Origin: Asterias rubens
Taxonomy: Eukaryota
Direction: 5' to 3'
Assembly: GCF_902459465.1 (NCBI RefSeq)
Contig: NC_047077.1
Span: 13,764,001-13,828,000 of the forward strand
DNA length: 64,000 nucleotides
The position numbers and the translations under genes are program-made. Below, in pieces: positions 51,984 to 64,000 of this stretch. The first letter of the stretch is position 1. Each line of letters opens with the position of its first letter. The notes beneath the pieces were generated by a model. It did not search any database and was not told where the DNA came from. It was given only the letters and a program-made list of their open reading frames with translations.

Positions 51984-52329
51984 CCGGATCAAGCACTAGA
52001 GGAAGACGACAAGGAGGGATGAGGAACGGTGTAAAATGCACAAAAGTTTTAAAACTACTTGTTTAAAATGTCGAATTGTCATGAAATAGGGGCAACTGCC
52101 ATGAAGCGCCTCAATGGTATTAATGTGGTTTCCCTTCCGATGAGTTGAAACGTCTTGTGTCAGGCAGTGTGTGCAAAAGCATTATCTTTGGCTAGGCCTA
52201 CTATAAAAATGCAGCGGTGCAACGCCCTCTCGTGAGACGAATCAACACGTCTACTTATCCGACGGCTGTTTTGCAATTTAACGCTGCACAAGTTTACAAT
52301 GATTTTTGAAAATAGCCAAACCAATTAAA

Positions 52330-52620
52330 ATATCTTGGTACTCTCAACCCTCTGGTCCAATACTTCCCCGGAAATGTTGCTCGTGACAATGATAATGGTT
52401 ATTATGACAATTATGGCAGATTAAATTAACGTTTATCAGTGACGTTTTATGGTCAGTTTGTTTGCAACCATTTTCATTCATACAACAGTCGTATATAACT
52501 AGTTGTCGCTATGCAACGAATGGGGTACACGCTGTGTTTGGAGGGGTGTTTTGCTACACGAAAAGAAACAAGTCCGTCGGCCCGTGTGTAACGTGTGTCC
52601 TATCCTGATCCTAGTCACAA
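52330..52620 (+). promoter_or_regulatory. Probable promoter of the 282-aa gene with ETS-like and RFX X-box-like sites
   Basis: CCGGAAAT near 52368, GTTGCTCGTGACAAT at 52376-52390 and GTCGCTATGCAAC at 52505-52517, in a CpG-containing stretch upstream of exon 1. Both X-box matches are imperfect. Confidence 0.35.
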
Positions 52621-52946
52621 ACCACTGACTGAGTGATTGTGATACATAATAATAAGACACAGGTTAACGTTGCGTTTTGTTGATCCCACAGCGAGCAAGA
52701 ATAGATCCGAGTTTCCTGCTTTTTAACAATAATATTATAATAAATGTAAGTTTTGGTCGCTCTACGTGTCTTCGCAAGTAAACTACACGTTACATGATTG
52801 GTTTTCGAAATAACAGCACAGCTTTGAAAACTCCGGAAACAGTAAAAAATACCATTCGGTGGTGGTGGTGGTGGTCTGTGCGCGTGTGGGGAGGAAAAAG
52901 ATAGTGCCAGGAAAACAGCGACCAGCAGAAAGGTCACAAGATAAAG

Positions 52947-55900
52947 ATGTCAGAACAAGGGACTGAGGATCGTGAGCCTCACGGTGAGGTGAGTGTTATC
53001 ACTTGATTTCTAGTTGAAATTGAACTGTACCCTTTATTATTTAATAGTGAAATATTCCTGTGTATTTTACCACTCAACATCATACAATACATGCTCAATC
53101 AAAACAATATTATTGTCAGCTTTCACTTTTCTTTTTTTAGTTTTTTTAATGTGCACAAAACATGGCATGTTCAGTCTTAATATTTGCTATGCACATTTTT
53201 CTTTTTTGGTTTTACATTGTACTGATTATCAGAGTCAGACACAGGGCTTAATACATTAGGTAGGAAAGGGTTTCCTGTATCCATAAATACTGCCACCACT
53301 TGTCTCATCTTTACCTAAAAGAAGGGAAAATCTGTAGTCTACATAATACAGTGTAAAGAATAAGTTAGAGGAATGCTTCGCTTTAGTTGGATGCTTTTCC
53401 GTGCGGCGCCACCACTTTTTCACTAATTTTTACAAAAAGGGATTTCATTGAGGTAAACTAGATATCGAATGAAAAAGTGGTGGTCATAACATAATGAAAA
53501 AGTGCTGTCATTTTTCCTTCATTTGTTAGTATTGTTTTTATAATACCATTTTTCATAATGTTATTGTTTGGTATGATGTGGCCCAAGTTTTTACATTCAC
53601 AGGTATAATCAAATGCAGTCTGCATACATTTAATATAATTTCAAAATGGCACACACTCACATACCTTTTTTTTCGTTTGTTTTTTTACAAAGGAAACTTC
53701 TTTGAAGAAAATGTAATAATAATTGAAGTGAATCATTGGAACAACGCATAATCACAGGTCACCACAACAATTGCTGCAATTGACATGGGTTAATCATTTC
53801 AGAACATGTTTGGTGCTGTATGTTTTGGGGGTATTTTTTAGCTATATTAGTTTAAAGCCATTATACACTTTCGGTACCGGAAAAAAAAAAAAAAGTTCAC
53901 ACATTTACAAATAATTTACAGGGTTTACAGAAGGTAATGGTGAAAGACTTCTCTTGAAATATTGTTCCATGAAATGCTTTACTTTTCGAGAAAACATTAA
54001 AACAATACCAATTCTCGATAGCGAGAATTACGGATTTTTTTTTTTTAAACACATGTCATGACATGGCGAAACTTGCGGAAACAAGAGTGGCTTTTCCCGT
54101 TATTTTCTCCCGACTCCAATGACCGATTGAGCCTAAATTTTCACAGGTTTGTTGTTTTATATATAAGTTGTGATACACGAAGTGTGGGACTTGGACAATA
54201 CTGTTTACCAAAAGTGTATTTAATGGCTTTAAGAAATACTTAATTTTTTGCTTACACTTTACAATATTTCTAACAGGAGCAGCAACCCGCATCTGGAGAA
54301 CAAGATGAAAAACCTGCCACAGAAGAAAACAATGAAGACAAGCAAAAACAACAAGAAGAGGCTGTCGATGGTGAAAACACAGACAAGAAAAATGAATCAA
54401 ATGAAGGTAGAGAGAGGGGGACGGAGAGGGGACAGCCAAAGGGGACCAAAGTAGGAACAGGTATTAGCCATGGAAGAACATTATACAGTCATCGTATTGT
54501 CACCTGGCTTCTATCATATTCCATCGCATAAACCATTTCTCCATTTGCCATCATTGGCTTAATTTCATATTGCTGTTAGTTAAGCAGAAACTACTGAGTA
54601 GACAAACTTCTTTGCTAAGCAAAAGTCAAGTTGGGCACCAGCCACAACCATGCAAACTTAAAGTAATTTTGGCTGGTTACCTGTTTCTGCTAAGCAAAGC
54701 TATACTGTGCTCCTGTTTCCTGTCAAACTGATACTGTGCAACGACCCCTTTGAAAATTGTATGAAAGTTCAATTGCAAGGTTTTTAAGACAAACAAACAA
54801 ATTGTAAATTTTGTTGTTTATTTTGTCCTGGGTCTTCAAATAGCTGCATCCTATAACCCTCCATCCTCATAGGGGGCTTCACTTTTCAGTGGTTTGGGGT
54901 CACTGGTTTGTTTTGGGAAGTTTTTTCTTACTATACATGTAGTGTGAGACGGCGTACACAATTCAAATTGACTGCATGACTTGTTTGGTTGTGGGGTTAT
55001 TTGCCCAGGCAGTGCCTGAATAACTAGTCGTAGTCTAGCGGTCAAAGATGCAGATAGCTCTGGCATTAGAGACAGTGTTGAGTTAAAGACACTGGACACT
55101 ATTGGTAATTGTCAAAGACTAGCCTTCACAGTTGATGTATCTCAACACATGCATAAAATAACAAACCTGTGAAAATTTTAGCTCAATCGGTCATCGAACT
55201 TGCAACATAATAATGAAAGAAAAAAACACCCTTGCCAAGCAAAGTTGTGTGCGTTTAGTTGGTTGATTTCGAGACCTCAAGTTCTAAATCTGAGGTCTCG
55301 AAATCAAATTCGTGGAAAATTACGTCTTTCTCTAAAACTATGGCACTTCAGAGGGAGCCGTTTCTCGCAATGTTTTATACCATCGACCTCTCCCCATTAC
55401 TCGTCACCAAGTAAGGTTTTATGCCAATAATTATTTTGAGTAATTACCAATAGTGTCCGTTGCCTTTAAGGATGAACTGTCCCTCTAAAAAATGAAATCA
55501 GAATAAATTGTAATTACTCAAGGGCTGACACAAACCAAACATCACAGACAAATAACGAAATAACCCACAGTTCAAAGTCGACTCCTCGTTCAGTTCCACC
55601 TGACGCTTATCATCAATTTCCACCAATCATCCATTTATTCCACTGACATTCAAAGAGTGGTACATTCTATTGTCACTAACAATGACTGCATGCTCAATTT
55701 ATGTTCCTGCGTATAATGCCTTGTTTGATTAAATCACATTGCAAACAAGGAGGGTCACCAGTTTCATGCTTAGTTTCCAACAAGTGGTGCATTCTTCCAT
55801 ACTGTACTTTCAACCCACTCTCAGTCATTCATCATTTTTAGTTTTAAAGTGGCTATCATGTTGCAGTTCTCGGTGGAAATAAATTGTAATAACAATACGG

Positions 55901-58900
55901 TTATTAAAGGCAGTGGACACTATTGGTAATTGTCAAAGAATAGCCTTCACAGTTGGTGTATCTCAACATATGCATAAAATAACCAACCTGTGAAAATTTT
56001 AGCTCAATCGGTCATCAAAATTGCGAGATAATAATGAAAGAAGAAAACACCCTTGTCACACGAAGTTGTGTGCGTTCATGGTTGATTTCGAGACCTCAAA
56101 TTCTAAACTTGAGGTCTCGAAATCAAATTCGTGGAAAACTACATCTTTCTCGAAAACAATGGCACTTCAGAGGGAGCTGTTTCTCACAATGTTTTATACC
56201 AACAACCTCTCCCCATTACTCGTCACCAAGAAAGGTTTTATGATGATAATTACCAATAGTGTCCACTGCCTTTAAATGGACACTAGTGGTAATTACTCAA
56301 AATAAATGACAGTGTAAACACCTACTTGGTAAATAGAGCAAGGGAGAGCTGTTGATAGTACAAAACATTGTGAGAAACAGCTCCCTCTGAAGAATCATAG
56401 TTTTTTAAAAATAATTTCTCACTCAAATATAAATCAGGCTTTTTTTAGGCATCTGCACAAATTTGTGCAACAAGGGTGTTTTTTCTGTCATTATTCTCTT
56501 GCAACTTTGATGACCAAACATGAGTCCCAATTATAAACGAAAAACATACAAACAAATTCTCACACCGATTGCGACACCAATGCACAAAATACATGTAACT
56601 GCAAAACTGTTTGATTATAAAAGTTGATGTTATTATTACAATTCATTTATTTGTAATCTTTGTTTTAGTGAACTCAACAGCAGAAGAATCGAAACATCAA
56701 AAGCAGTTTGTTGCGGAATTCAACCGGTTAAAGGACAGCCTGGAAAAGGAAGCTACAAAAATTATCAAACCGGAATTGTAAGTACAGTTTGGGGCTCTAA
56801 TTCAACATTGTGGGTTTATTTATTTGTAGGGTGTATGTGGTCCCTATAGGGTACGTTTGATTAGTTTCCCTGTGTCGACCCTGCGGTACTCACTCGGGTG
56901 ACCCCTGACACGAGCTAGTCGAAGGATCACATCTCGTGGTGACGTCAAGCACCTGGGGCCAGCCCAAAGTGACCCATTCCGGGTGAGCCCCTAGAATGAT
57001 GTCAAAGCTATTCTAACGTACCGGGGCAGACCGGGGTCAACCCAGGGAAGCTAATCGAACGCACTCCTTATTAGTCAGTAAAATCAGTCAATAAATCAAT
57101 ACTTGTTGAGAAGGCACTGCATAATTTTTCCCTTGACTCTCAGATTTGATTTTGTTTTGTTTTTATTAGACACCTTATCACAGGGCCCTCCCCAGGATTG
57201 TTCAAACTGTAGGACATTTTGGACCCAACTGTTTAGATGTTTGGTCGAAGCACACTCAGTTGACAAACTCATTCACCAATGCTCCTGAATGTCTTTTTGA
57301 TACGTTCATTGTGTATACACACTAAAGTATCAAACCATGAGACAACCCCCCCCCCTAGCTTTAGTAGACCTGTTTTCATTCAATAAATAACTAACATTTA
57401 ATTTAAACATGTTTTTTACTTGACAGCCAACCACACACACCATATATTCACACCAGTCTAGCACCATATTACAACACGTACACAGTACAATACCTTTTGG
57501 ATCTGGTAAGTGTACAGATTTTTTTTTTTTAATAATTAGCTTGGAAGTTAGGGTTACAACAAACAACTTTTTTAAAGCAAATCACATGCCCTTCAAGCGA
57601 TTTGCCTTAACAAAAATGTGTGTTTATTTTTCAATCCCTTGTATTGTTCAGAATTGACTTTTGTAAGACCGTGACCTAATCAAGTGACTTCGACGGGGGT
57701 CCTTATATCTTACGCAAAAATTAAATTTCAAGAACAGTCCAATTTTATAAACTTGGTTTTTATAAAATTTGAGTCAAAGGTGCAAAGTTTTGATCTGAGT
57801 AGGGCACAATTTCTTCTAAAAAAATTGAGGAGAGCAGTACTTCTTGTATTTTTCAAAATGAAAATACAGGTAAGGCCTGTATTTATGCTTTGTTTTTGAA
57901 AGGGCAAGGGCATCGTGGACATTTTCTTCTTGAATGGCACCCTATGAGGAAATTTTAACTTTCTACTGGGAGCATTTCATGGGCACCAAGGCAATGAGGG
58001 GCATCGAGGCAATCGCATTCGTTGCCTCCAATGCCTTTGTAAAGTATCAGGCCTGCATGTAACAAAATTATAAAGAACAACTCTTTTGCACTTTAAGCAA
58101 TTCCCCGCTCTCTATAAAGTAATTTTGGTAATTTTTCTGCGTTTTTGAATTGCACACAATTATTTTTTGAATGATTCTTATTTTTCAGCCGCCTCATGTC
58201 CGACACGGATACATCACTCGAAAAACAGCCATTGGTCTTGTAGATCCAGAAGTCTCACATACCATGGATGTGTAAGTAGCTAAAGAATTGTACTTGAAAT
58301 CTTGGCTTGATTTAGGAAATCACTAATAAGAGTCATCTTAAAGGCAGGGTATACTTTTGGTATTTTGTTTGGTGTGCCCAAAATAAACAACCTGTGTAAA
58401 TTTAGGCTTAGTCATCAAAGTTGCAAGAAAATCGTGCAAGTAAAAAACACTCTCTCTTGTGAAAAATTACATCTTTCTCTAAAAGTACATTACAGAACCA
58501 CAGACTAATTGTTGTTGATATTCTATAATGATCGTTTTGAAATTCACTTTAAAAAGATTGTGACTTACAATTTTCATGAGGACTTATTTATTTATTGGAA
58601 AATGAATGCACCACAAAACTGGAGCCCCTCCTTAAGTTACGATTAGTTTAACGTCACACACTTGGCTTTAGCACTATTCAAATTCACTAGCCAAAGATGA
58701 ATCTAATTTAATCTGTAGTAGGGTTAAAGAAAAGTGTTTATTTCGTGAAAATGAAATATCTTGTGAAAATGAGTAAATTAATTGTATTTGTCTCTTTTGA
58801 TTCATTGTACAGGAGTCTTGATTCCGTCCCAGATTCAGTTGAAATACCAGTAACCTCAATGACAGGAGATCTCTCGTAAGTAACCATCTCAAATGGAGAT

Positions 58901-60520
58901 TCTTTAAAAGGATTCGGGTACTTTTACAAATTGTCCACAGATTTACATTAAACTTACACGGTTTGAAGATGGTGATAGAGGAAAGCTTCCCTTCAAATAT
59001 TACTTATTGAGGTGTTGTAGTTTTCTACTATTATTATCCTAAAAGTGTGTAAGTTTGATGTAAATCTGTGGACACTGTGTTTTGTAAATAGACCCATATG
59101 ACACAGTTGTACTTTTTTGAACAAAAAATTCACTCTGATCGGATTCCATTTTGTCATCACTTGCAGAGCTGCCTACCTGATTCAGAAAGTTCCCTGAATA
59201 TACAATCGGCCTTTTCATCTAAATTCCCTATTCCCTATTATGTTGAATGTAATTTTAACTGATTGCTGCACAACATTTCCCTAAAAGATGTTTATGTAGC
59301 AAGCTCTGTACATATATGTGATGAACTCGCCAAATTCCATAACTTGTCAGGTCGTGAGTTCACTAAAACCACTGGCTCTGCCGTCGATTTAGTCGAACTC
59401 TTCCCAACTTAGGATTCATCTTAGGACCTAGGACGAGTTCAATTCTGTATCTAATATAGCTGTTAGGACGCATTGAACCCATCCAAGTTAGGACGAGCTC
59501 TTCCTTACTCGAGATAGGATTAATCCTTGCGTTTCGTGAAATCGGCTGCAGGACCTGGAGTCCATTGTCAAAGTTGCGCCCTGTATAATGTTGTTATCCC
59601 TTTGTAGCAACTTATTAGGAAACGACCTTCTATATGTACTCTTATTAGTCCTTTCTTTGGACTTTAGGCCAAGAAGTCAGGCTGTCAAAAACAGAGAAGG
59701 AAGCACCAGACTACCAAAGTGGCCGGTTGTCAAATTCCAGAAGAGAGAGGACCCTAATAAGATGCTCAACTGGAGTGATGTGCCAAAACTAAGGTCAGTA
59801 TTTTATTTGTCAAATCTTTTCTGAGAAAACAGAAAAAAAGCTTTTGCAAACTGCTTACCAACCAAAAGGACCCGTATGGTGTAATGGCCTGACATTTCGA
59901 CCCAGGCAGAGTCTTTAGACTTCCAGAAAGACTCTGCTGAAGTTGAAACATCGGGCCATGAACTATTTTTTGCAAATATTTTGTGATTGAATCACACATA
60001 CTTGTGTGCTGCACTCAATTTCCAATGGGTAGAATCCTCATGAAAATGGGGAATAAGACTCTATATCCTCACATCAAAAAGGTGTAAATTGCCATTATCC
60101 TGTATACTCTGTCAGAGCAAAATTTGAAACATGATGTACTCGGACATAAACAAAAATTAACCCTCTCGAATCTTTGATAAATTGTTTCAACTCGTAGTTT
60201 CAATCAGTATGGTATGAGTCGTCTTCAGAAGACTGCTTTGATGATCAGAGCATTATAGACATCAGTCTTCATTAACCGCTCCGCTATGTTTCATTCATCT
60301 CAGGGAATCACTCAAGACACAATACAGCAGCAACGCCCAGGATAGAATCAAGAGAGATTACCAACGCACCCAGCAGGACTGGACCCGCATGGAGCTTGAG
60401 AAACTACGTGAAATCCATGAGGTCAATCGCAGCCATATGCGCATCACATGCGGAACGTATCTCGGCACGTCCAAAGGGTCTCGTCAGGCTGTCAAATCAC
60501 TCACCAAGGTCCTAGAGTAG
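52947..60520 (+). CDS. Uncharacterised 282-aa protein with acidic low-complexity N-terminus and helical C-terminus, 8 exons
   Basis: Exons 52947-52988, 54277-54406, 56669-56777, 57427-57505, 58189-58271, 58813-58875, 59668-59793 and 60304-60520 join in one frame (849 nt), all GT-AG. Runs MSEQGTEDREPHGEEQQPASGEQDEK...FQPHTPYIHTSLAPYYNTYTVQYLLDLPPHVRHGY...RDYQRTQQDWTRMELEKLREIHEVNRSHMRITCGTYLGTSKGSRQAVKSLTKVLE*. Family not recognised. An alternative exon-2 donor is possible near 54460. Confidence 0.75.
53852..54232 (-). mobile_element. Related Kolobok-type MITE family (AGCCATT TIR)
   Basis: TTAA-AGCCATTATACACTTTCGGTA...TACCAAAAGTGTATTTAATGGCT-TTAA. Shares the CCGATTGAGC.AAATTTTCACAGGTTTGTT motif with the main family. 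Confidence 0.82.
55083..55469 (+). mobile_element. Kolobok/T2-type MITE, full length
   Basis: TTAA-flanked with near-perfect TIRs. Confidence 0.9.
55904..56275 (+). mobile_element. Kolobok/T2-type MITE, full length
   Basis: TTAA-AGGCAGTGGACACTATTGGTAATT...AATTACCAATAGTGTCCACTGCCT-TTAA. Confidence 0.9.
56276..56520 (-). mobile_element. Older partial Kolobok/T2-type MITE abutting the previous copy tail-to-tail
   Basis: TGGACACTAGTGGTAATTACTCAAAATAA... follows the shared TTAA directly. Confidence 0.75.
56849..57067. mobile_element. Harbinger-like MITE
   Basis: GGGTACGTTTGATTAGTTTCCCTG vs CAGGGAAGCTAATCGAACGCACTC, an imperfect TIR. Confidence 0.6.
58338..58492 (+). mobile_element. Decayed partial Kolobok/T2-type MITE
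   Basis: TTAA-AGGCAGGGTATACTTTTGGTA plus AACAACCTGTGTAAATTT and CATCAAAGTTGCAAG motifs. Confidence 0.6.
58904..59095. mobile_element. Internally deleted TTAA-type MITE with 27-bp subterminal inverted repeat
   Basis: GTCCACAGATTTACATTAAACTTACAC and its reverse complement (1 mismatch) about 90 bp apart; starts TTAA-AAGGATTCGGGTAC. Confidence 0.6.
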
Positions 60521-63007
60521 CAAGGTCGTCAGGTTTTTCAACTGTTTTTTTAACTTTTAATTTTCAAGCATCAAAGTCCTCATTACTTCAATGGCAAGGG
60601 TTAGTTTTGGTTGAACAAAAACACTCAATGATGTTTTTTTTTTTGCTGATGGCACAAAACCTGCTCTGCGAATATAAGGGTTTGTCACAGAAGGCAATTT
60701 ATACAAACATCTTGAACACACTTAGTCTTGGCCAAATATGCCAATGGTAAGCAGTTGATTGTGTAAGTACCTGTAAGTAACCTGTAACACCGTGCTTTCA
60801 CATGGCATGACTTAATTCTTTCATTTGCCGACCGGTCACTACCGACTAGTTCAAGTCCCTTCACAAAAATAGTTGTAAAACAATAAATACATTTTTCAGA
60901 AAAGGAAAGAGATCTCTGAAATGTGCAATGGTGACCTGTTTTTTGGGAGTCTCCATTTAAAAAAAAATGTTTACCTTTAATATAAATTATACTGACCCAG
61001 AAATTATTATGTGACCCAGGGTAACTTTTGTTAGTCACACAACCATTTATGTGAATTTATTCATGTGATCTTGCGCTGGTTTGTTCACTAAAAAAGGCTG
61101 GGGACAAAAGCTACCCCAATGCTGCAGGATTTCCAAGATGTTAGTGAGAGCTTGGAAGTTGGTTAAGTCATAAAAAAAAAACAAGAGTTACTACGATCAC
61201 TTACAATCCACTTTCTATCAATGACATCTTGGCCAAGACTAAACTCTACTGTATTCAAAACACATAGACATCTGTTCTTATTTTCTTTTACTTCTGTTAT
61301 TTAGTTAATGTGAGCCCTTCAACAAAAATTCCAGGCACAGTTCCTGTTAAAATATATATTCTTCTCTTGTAGATAACAAAACATCTTCAGCTGTCTAAAG
61401 GCGTAGAGCTTGTTTTTGAATGGGTGCAAGTTTTTATTAACGGTTTCGCGCAATAAAAGGTTGCATATAAACAAAACATTCCGATTTTTACACAGTTTTA
61501 TTTTTTACTACAAACAAATTGTTGAACGCATTCCATTTTGTATATTATGTGCTTGCCATAGTTAAAAACTGTACTGTGTGTGTTGACTTTTAAAAAAAAC
61601 AAGATTATTTTGTGTGTTTTTTTTTTAAGTTTCTACCCCACCTCTAAAATGGAATGGAAAAGGATCGATGTAGCTTGTTGTTTTAAACTTCAGTTGCATT
61701 CATTAAAATTGTAAATAAGCAATAAATGATGTATATAAAATAATTAAGTACTGCACCAAAAATTTAGTGTTGTTTGCCTTTACCAGCGTAAAAGGTATGG
61801 GATGTTTTATTATTGTGAAAATTTATACCATACATAAAAGAAAGGACAGACTTTTCACTTTCCATTCATAATTCAAGAAGTAAATTTAGGTCTGGAATTT
61901 TAAACTTTGAGAGGGCAATTAGGCCATTTTCATATTAAAAAGGGCACTTCCATTCAAATCATTGTTCATGTATACTTATTGTTTAGTAGAAAAGTATTAT
62001 TTTTTTGTTAGCCATTCATTCATGGCTTGAAAAAAAATGTGGCATCATGTTATTTTAAATTAATTAAATAAGTAATTTAAACGGTGGAATTCATGTTTTG
62101 TGGAGAATAACACATTAACAAAGTAAAGTACACTTTATATTTTATTTTGGTCAATTAATTTTGAATACATTTCTGCTGCCAATATTTCAGGCTCTTTAAT
62201 CACAAATTTCTATAATTTTCTCAACGCAGAAAATACAAAAAAAATATAGACTTAAGTGGTAAGACAACCATGCATGTTTATAACGGTGCTCTTAAAAAAC
62301 GAGAGTTGGTTATGAGTTTTTACTGACTGTTTAATGGCATCAAACTGTGTACATTCCACTGTTACTGACACCGAATGAAGAGCTCAACCATGTCATTGAT
62401 AAATTTATATGCAAACAATTTTGTACTTTGGGCGGACTAGTAGTCAAAGGTAGTACAAAAGTGAGGAGTTTGTGATTGGTTAGTATAATTTAATCAAGTG
62501 AGGTTTACGGATACACCATGTACATAAACTCTCTCTATGATAAAGTTTAAAATCAACGTTTCGATCAGCTGCTCTGAGTTGTCTTTAGGAGACTCAAGAT
62601 CAAAGGTGTTCTGTCATCCTTAAACTTCGGGGAAAACATAGGGGGTAATTTTGGCACAGGAGAAGCAATAATACAGTTGACCCGCCCAGTGATCTTTGTG
62701 AAAAAAAAATTGACATTTTCATTTGGAAGTTATTTTTATTCATTTGTGTCGAATGTCATACCTAATGATTGATTTGATTGCGTTTTGTCTTTAAAATGTA
62801 TGTGTAAATTGTAAATAAAGTGTTTGGTTGTTTTGGATGATATTGTATACAAATTTTTGTTTGATGTTTTCAGTCTCAGCATTTTAAGATAAAACAGAAG
62901 AGATGAGAAAGTGAATTAAAGATTGTGAACAAGGCGCATTATTTTTGTTTACATCGTGTACCGAGTGTAATGCTGCTACAAAATAATGTTGTTTGTTGGA
63001 GTGTTTG

Positions 63008-63090
63008 CTTGTTTTGTTTGTTTTGGTTTGTTGGTTGGTTGGTTGTTTGTTTGTTTGTTTGTTTGTTTGTTTGTTTGTTTGTTTGTTTTG
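63008..63090. repeat. (TTTG)n/(TTGG)n microsatellite
   Basis: Directly visible tetranucleotide array. Confidence 0.95.
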
Positions 63091-64000
63091 CTTGGCATTG
63101 ATTTTGGGGTTGTATTTTTAAAGTTCAATGTTTCAATGAAAAAAGCAAGGCAGGACGGGGCAGAGATGATCATTAGTACTTGTTTTCGAAATCACATATA
63201 TAATTTTATGGATGTAACATTTCATTTTATGACTACAATTAAAGCGCTTTCGATTATCCGCAAAAATGTGTTGCGCCCTCTGTTGTCATACGCTGGCCTT
63301 GCAAACCAGCTGCTTCACCATAAAGAAGGGAGACCAGACTAAATTGTTATTATTTCAAACGCAATTACAGAGCTCCAGCTGGACGTCTCTCGTGGTGAAA
63401 CTCTTATTGCACCACCTTGTGAAAAAGTGTTTTCTTTCGGATGTGGAAACACAAGCTGACGAATGGTTCTATATTTATAATTTTGTCGAAAAAACCAGTG
63501 CTTTGTGTGTAGGAAAAGGTGAGTATATATGCAATAGATTTAGTAATTTACATTTAAATTATATACAGATTTAGTGTGGCAAGATCTGGAACAAATCAAG
63601 TAGATTCGGTTTTACTTCCACGTTTTTTACCGTTCTGCCCGTCAGCTGCCCTGTGTTAGTGTAATTTGCTGGCCATGTTATTGTTTTGTTAATTAATTTA
63701 ATAATAGGCCTAATGTCAGTTTAAATGGTTTGTTTTGTGTTGCTTAAACTAGTAATTGTGTATTAGTTTTGCCCATTCTTTTTGTCAAGATGGTTGAGTG
63801 TAGCTTCTTCTGATCTTGTGTATAAATGTGTAGTCAAACTCAAAGTCAGTGAATGAGTATGTAGTTTAAGATTTGTTTGTGGTGACATCATCTACATCAT
63901 GATATGTAGGTAGTCCGTCAGCATTGACTGCTCTAATTCTAGTCTAGGCCCTCGCTGCAACCTGGTTACCTGGATTCATCACACACACACACCATTGTCA

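Noticed and set aside
51324-52066. Cluster of Cys/His-rich ORFs
   Set aside because: Derived from the subterminal repeats of the Ginger-like element; no integrase or zinc-finger motif.
54248-54454. 68-aa Lys/Met-rich ORF
   Set aside because: Wrong frame of exon 2 of the 282-aa gene; the acidic frame is the one compatible with neighbouring exon phases.
57170-57303. Candidate extra exon of the 282-aa gene
   Set aside because: Gives a stop in the required phase; the exon at 57427-57505 bridges the phases correctly.
62976-63342. Hydrophobic 118-aa ORF
   Set aside because: Its hydrophobic stretch is the (TTTG)n microsatellite.

Overview
AT-rich animal genomic DNA with spliced genes and dense MITE/SINE content; the repeat and gene content suggests an echinoderm, probably a sea star (inference). 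I assembled five protein-coding genes by hand from GT-AG splice sites with matching intron phases. (1-2) Two tandem paralogues (+; 4993-8685 and 12800-15892) encode secreted proteins with a signal peptide, a PAN/apple-like domain and a tectonin-type beta-propeller lectin. (3) A divergent SLCO/OATP transporter (+; 23209-28849, 8 coding exons, 722 aa). (4) A conventional SLCO4-like OATP (-; 31297-42948, 10 coding exons, 708 aa), convergent with gene 3. (5) An unrecognised 282-aa gene (+; 52947-60520, 8 exons). Repeats include many TTAA-flanked Kolobok/T2-type MITEs, Harbinger-like MITEs, tRNA-derived SINEs, mini/microsatellites and Penelope-type palindromes. Most notable observations: a 949-bp element with RSS-heptamer (CACAGTG) termini and a 5-bp TSD (Transib/RAG-like) nested in a MITE; a nearly intact minimal hammerhead ribozyme in sense orientation in the last SLCO4 intron; a sharp mosaic of near-identity and divergence between the lectin paralogues; and an OATP paralogue lacking two introns and key family motifs. 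All counts and alignments were done by eye; no database searches were run.
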